This document shows, piece after piece, positions 20,458 to 23,367 of a stretch of DNA of 23,367 nt. The DNA lies in the NCBI RefSeq assembly GCF_006345805.1, contig NW_021836605.1, forward strand, positions 1 through 23,367, in the 5' to 3' direction. Source of the stretch: Octopus sinensis. Its lineage: Eukaryota. The notes below the pieces were generated by a model, which saw only the letters and a program-made list of their open reading frames with translations, was not told the origin of the DNA and ran no database searches. Made by a program: the position numbers and the translations under genes. The first letter of the stretch is position 1, and the number at the start of each line of letters is the position of its first letter.

Positions 20458-20849
20458 AAACCATGTGGTTTCTTGATGTTTATTTATGGCTGAGAAGAGG
20501 CAGTAGACATAAGCCGTTTTCGGGGACATTCAAAACTTGTAGGAGAAAATAAGGAAGTGGTCCTCAGACAGGAAGCCTTGCGTGAATGCTGTAAACAAAG
20601 TGAACTCTTTTAAAGGCATCCAAGGATCTGGTCGGTGGTAGTGCTGAAGCAGGGAGCGAAATAAGAAACACCAAACTCAGGGGTTATCAGGTATCTTTGT
20701 GATTTATTGGCACGGTAACACAGTAATAAGAACAAGGAAAACAAAAACAAGTCTACATCATAAGTGAAAACAAGGCTGTGGGGGGTGGGGAACACATGTT
20801 GGGGCAGTGCTTGGCACTTTGATCTTTTGATGGGTAAATCAATAAGAGT

Positions 20850-20878
20850 GGGGTGGGGTGGGGGGTGGGAGAGGGGGG
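20850..20878 (+). other. Potential G-quadruplex
   Basis: GGGG-T-GGGG-T-GGGGGG-T-GGG-AGA-GGGGGG. Confidence 0.7.
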
Positions 20879-21007
20879 TAAATATCACAATGATTTTCAA
20901 CATCTAGAAGAACAACATCGCATCGGCAACTGTAGTTCATTAGTTGCTTGATGTGTTGCATTGGAATAATAAACACAACTGCAGAATAAATGATTATACT
21001 GCATATG

Positions 21008-21715
21008 TAATGTGTGTGTGTGTGTGTGTGTGCAACTGTGTATAGTGCACACATATGTTTGTAAGCATGTGCAACCATGTGTGGTGTATAATATAATATA
21101 TATGCATGTGTATGTGCAATACATATATATACTAATACATTTATTGAAATACTAATGGATTTACATATGTGTATATGTGTGTGTGTATGTAAATATATAT
21201 ATATGTGTGTATATATATATATATATATGTGTATATATACTTCTACTTGTTTCAGCCTAATGGCTATGGTGCACATATTTACACGCACAAACACACACAC
21301 AATTTCACAGAGATCTCCATATATATATACATACATACATATATATATATACATACATATATATATATATATATATGTATAAATATATATTTACTTGCAT
21401 TCACCCATTTAACACATACACACACACATGTGTGTGCGTATATGTATATATGTAGACATATACACATACATGCATACATGCTCATATACACAAAGAATAA
21501 TTAAATGCGTTTATGAAACATTCACCAGTTCTAAATAGGTTCTCAACCCAAACTAGAAAGCATGTCTGAAGAGGAGTAGTCAAAAACCAAAAAATATTCA
21601 AAATAAGAATGGCTTACCAAATCTTCTCTAAGTATACTTGAAGCAGTTTATTATTATTATTGTTACTACTATTATAATTATTATTGTTATTATTTTTATT
21701 ATTATTATTATTAAT
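21008..21715. repeat. Cluster of (TG)n, (TA)n, (CA)n and (ATT)n microsatellites
   Basis: Read directly. Confidence 0.9.
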
Positions 21716-22251
21716 GATTTGATAACATGAATAAAACAAAAAAACATTGTTAGCAAAAATATATTGTAGGTGGAGGAATAAAAACGAAAGGTCGGGGTGG
21801 AAAGGTCAACATCAATATGGTAGGAGAGAAAAGCAAAAATTAATTAGTTATAGGAACAAAAAATTTTGGAGAATAAGGAGAAAGATAAGGAAAGCAAAAT
21901 GTTATTTAATAATCTTTAAAAAAAATCCCAAATATCTTAAATTTGGTCCCAATAAAACAATTTTTAATTCTGAGTTTCATTTCACAACCCTTTTAAATAA
22001 CAAGAAGCCAGAGCTCTTTGAAAATAGTTAGAATAATAGAGAGAAAAAAAAGAGGAATAAAAAGAATAAAAACATATATATATTAAAAAGCAAAAGGAAA
22101 ATACAAACAAATTGTGATGTTTGAGAAAGGTAAGAACCACTTTGTAGAAAGTGCCAGTGAGTTCTAGCAATGACCACTGAAGAATAGAAATGAATATGTG
22201 TATGTAGATACATACATACATACACACATATAGATATATATATATATATAC

Positions 22252-22495
22252 ATACCGGAGTAAGCACATAAATGTGAAACAAGGTGGAAAAAAGAGTACT
22301 CAAATACCAGAGGTAGAGTAATATGCTTTATTTAAAACCAGCAGGAATATAACAAAAGCAGTTACTCAGAGTTTCACGTTCCCGTTCATTGGACAGTTTT
22401 GTTAAACTGTTTTTAAGAAAACTGTCCGACGAACGGGAACGTGAAACTCTGAGTAACAGCTTTTGTTATATTCCTGCTGGTTTTAAATAAAGTAT
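22252..22495 (-). mobile_element. Penelope-like LTR fragment with an inverted partial copy (78-bp hairpin arms)
   Basis: Arms 22323-22400 and 22418-22495, 4 mismatches; hammerhead fold in each arm; inserted next to (TA)n. Confidence 0.65.
22418..22464 (+). ncRNA. Candidate minimal type I hammerhead ribozyme (U4C core variant)
   Basis: AAAACUGU-CCGACGA-ACG(GGAA)CGU-GAA-ACUC(U)GAGU-A/ACAGCUUUU; predicted cleavage after GUA at 22455. Confidence 0.65.
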
Positions 22496-22759
22496 CGTTT
22501 CATTATGTATATATGTATATATGTATATATAAATATATAATACAAACTTACGCTCACACATTTGCGTATGCCTGTACGTGTATAAAGTGTGTGTATATAT
22601 CTGTGAGTATACACATAAGTACATGCATAAAAAAAACCAAAATATGTGAAATATTCTCAATTTCAACATTTGGAATTCGAAAAAGGCAGAAAAAAAAAAG
22701 GAGATTCCATTTTGTAGTTAGAATTTTACTTGAGTTTCCTTTCTCTTTGTAAGCTTTTC

Positions 22760-22940
22760 CAATAAATAGTTTCTGTGTATGCTTGTATACCCATGCATGT
22801 AAATGTATGCATATGTGTATATATGGGAGAGAGATGTGACGTCTGTGTATGTATGCGCGTGTGTGTGTGTACGTGTATTTATGTACGTGTTTTATATATA
22901 TTTGTACATATATATATATACATATGCACACATACACATA

Positions 22941-22977
<37 letters not shown>

Positions 22978-23301
22978 AGAGGTGTGGGGAAGGAATATTC
23001 CGATCCAATATACACATTAGTACACGAATAAGGGACAAACCCAATGCTGAACATAGAGTATAGTACAAATGCGTTTATTGATATTCTTACAACAGTTCCA
23101 CAGTTGTGTCAGTAAACCAAGCAATCACCGAGCATAATCAGAGAATATATATTTCTTTGATGATACTTAATGAATATTCTCATTGCTGAAATAACCCACG
23201 CCCATGTTGTATGAAAATGAATAAATCACACATACGTATATATATATTACATATATATACATATATATATATATATATATTATATATACACATATATACA
23301 T

Positions 23302-23333
<32 letters not shown>

Positions 23334-23367
23334 TACATTTATATATATATATATATATATACACATA
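22760..23367. repeat. (TA)n/(TG)n/(CA)n microsatellites flanking ~250 bp of unassigned sequence
   Basis: Read directly. Confidence 0.85.

Noticed and set aside
21566-21640. CTGAAGA-GGAGTA...TACTT-GAAGC hammerhead-like trace
   Set aside because: GAAA is broken and stems I and III cannot form.
20839-23364. Many Y/I/M/C/H-rich ORFs
   Set aside because: Translations of (TA)n/(TG)n/(CA)n tracts.

Overview
Repeat-saturated, AT-rich animal genomic DNA with no supportable intact protein-coding gene, tRNA, rRNA or CRISPR. From memory (not a database check), the repeat families resemble those of octopus genomes. The window holds tRNA-derived SINEs (working labels A, B, B', D, E), RTE-type LINE 3' ends with (GAT)n tails, two different RTE ORF remnants (one ending in three C2H2-like zinc fingers), an L1/Tx1-type endonuclease remnant, a maT (DD37D) remnant, a fold-back mariner, a Helitron-like and a piggyBac-like non-autonomous element, and long microsatellites. 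Most ORFs in the supplied track are microsatellite artefacts. Best leads: (i) three unrelated repeats carrying minimal type I hammerhead-ribozyme folds, two inside long inverted repeats as in Penelope-like elements; (ii) SINE B, whose 3' junctions repeatedly start with GGT(A) and which forms head-to-tail dimers at its own internal GGTATTT site; (iii) the triple zinc-finger RTE C-terminus, absent from the ORF track.
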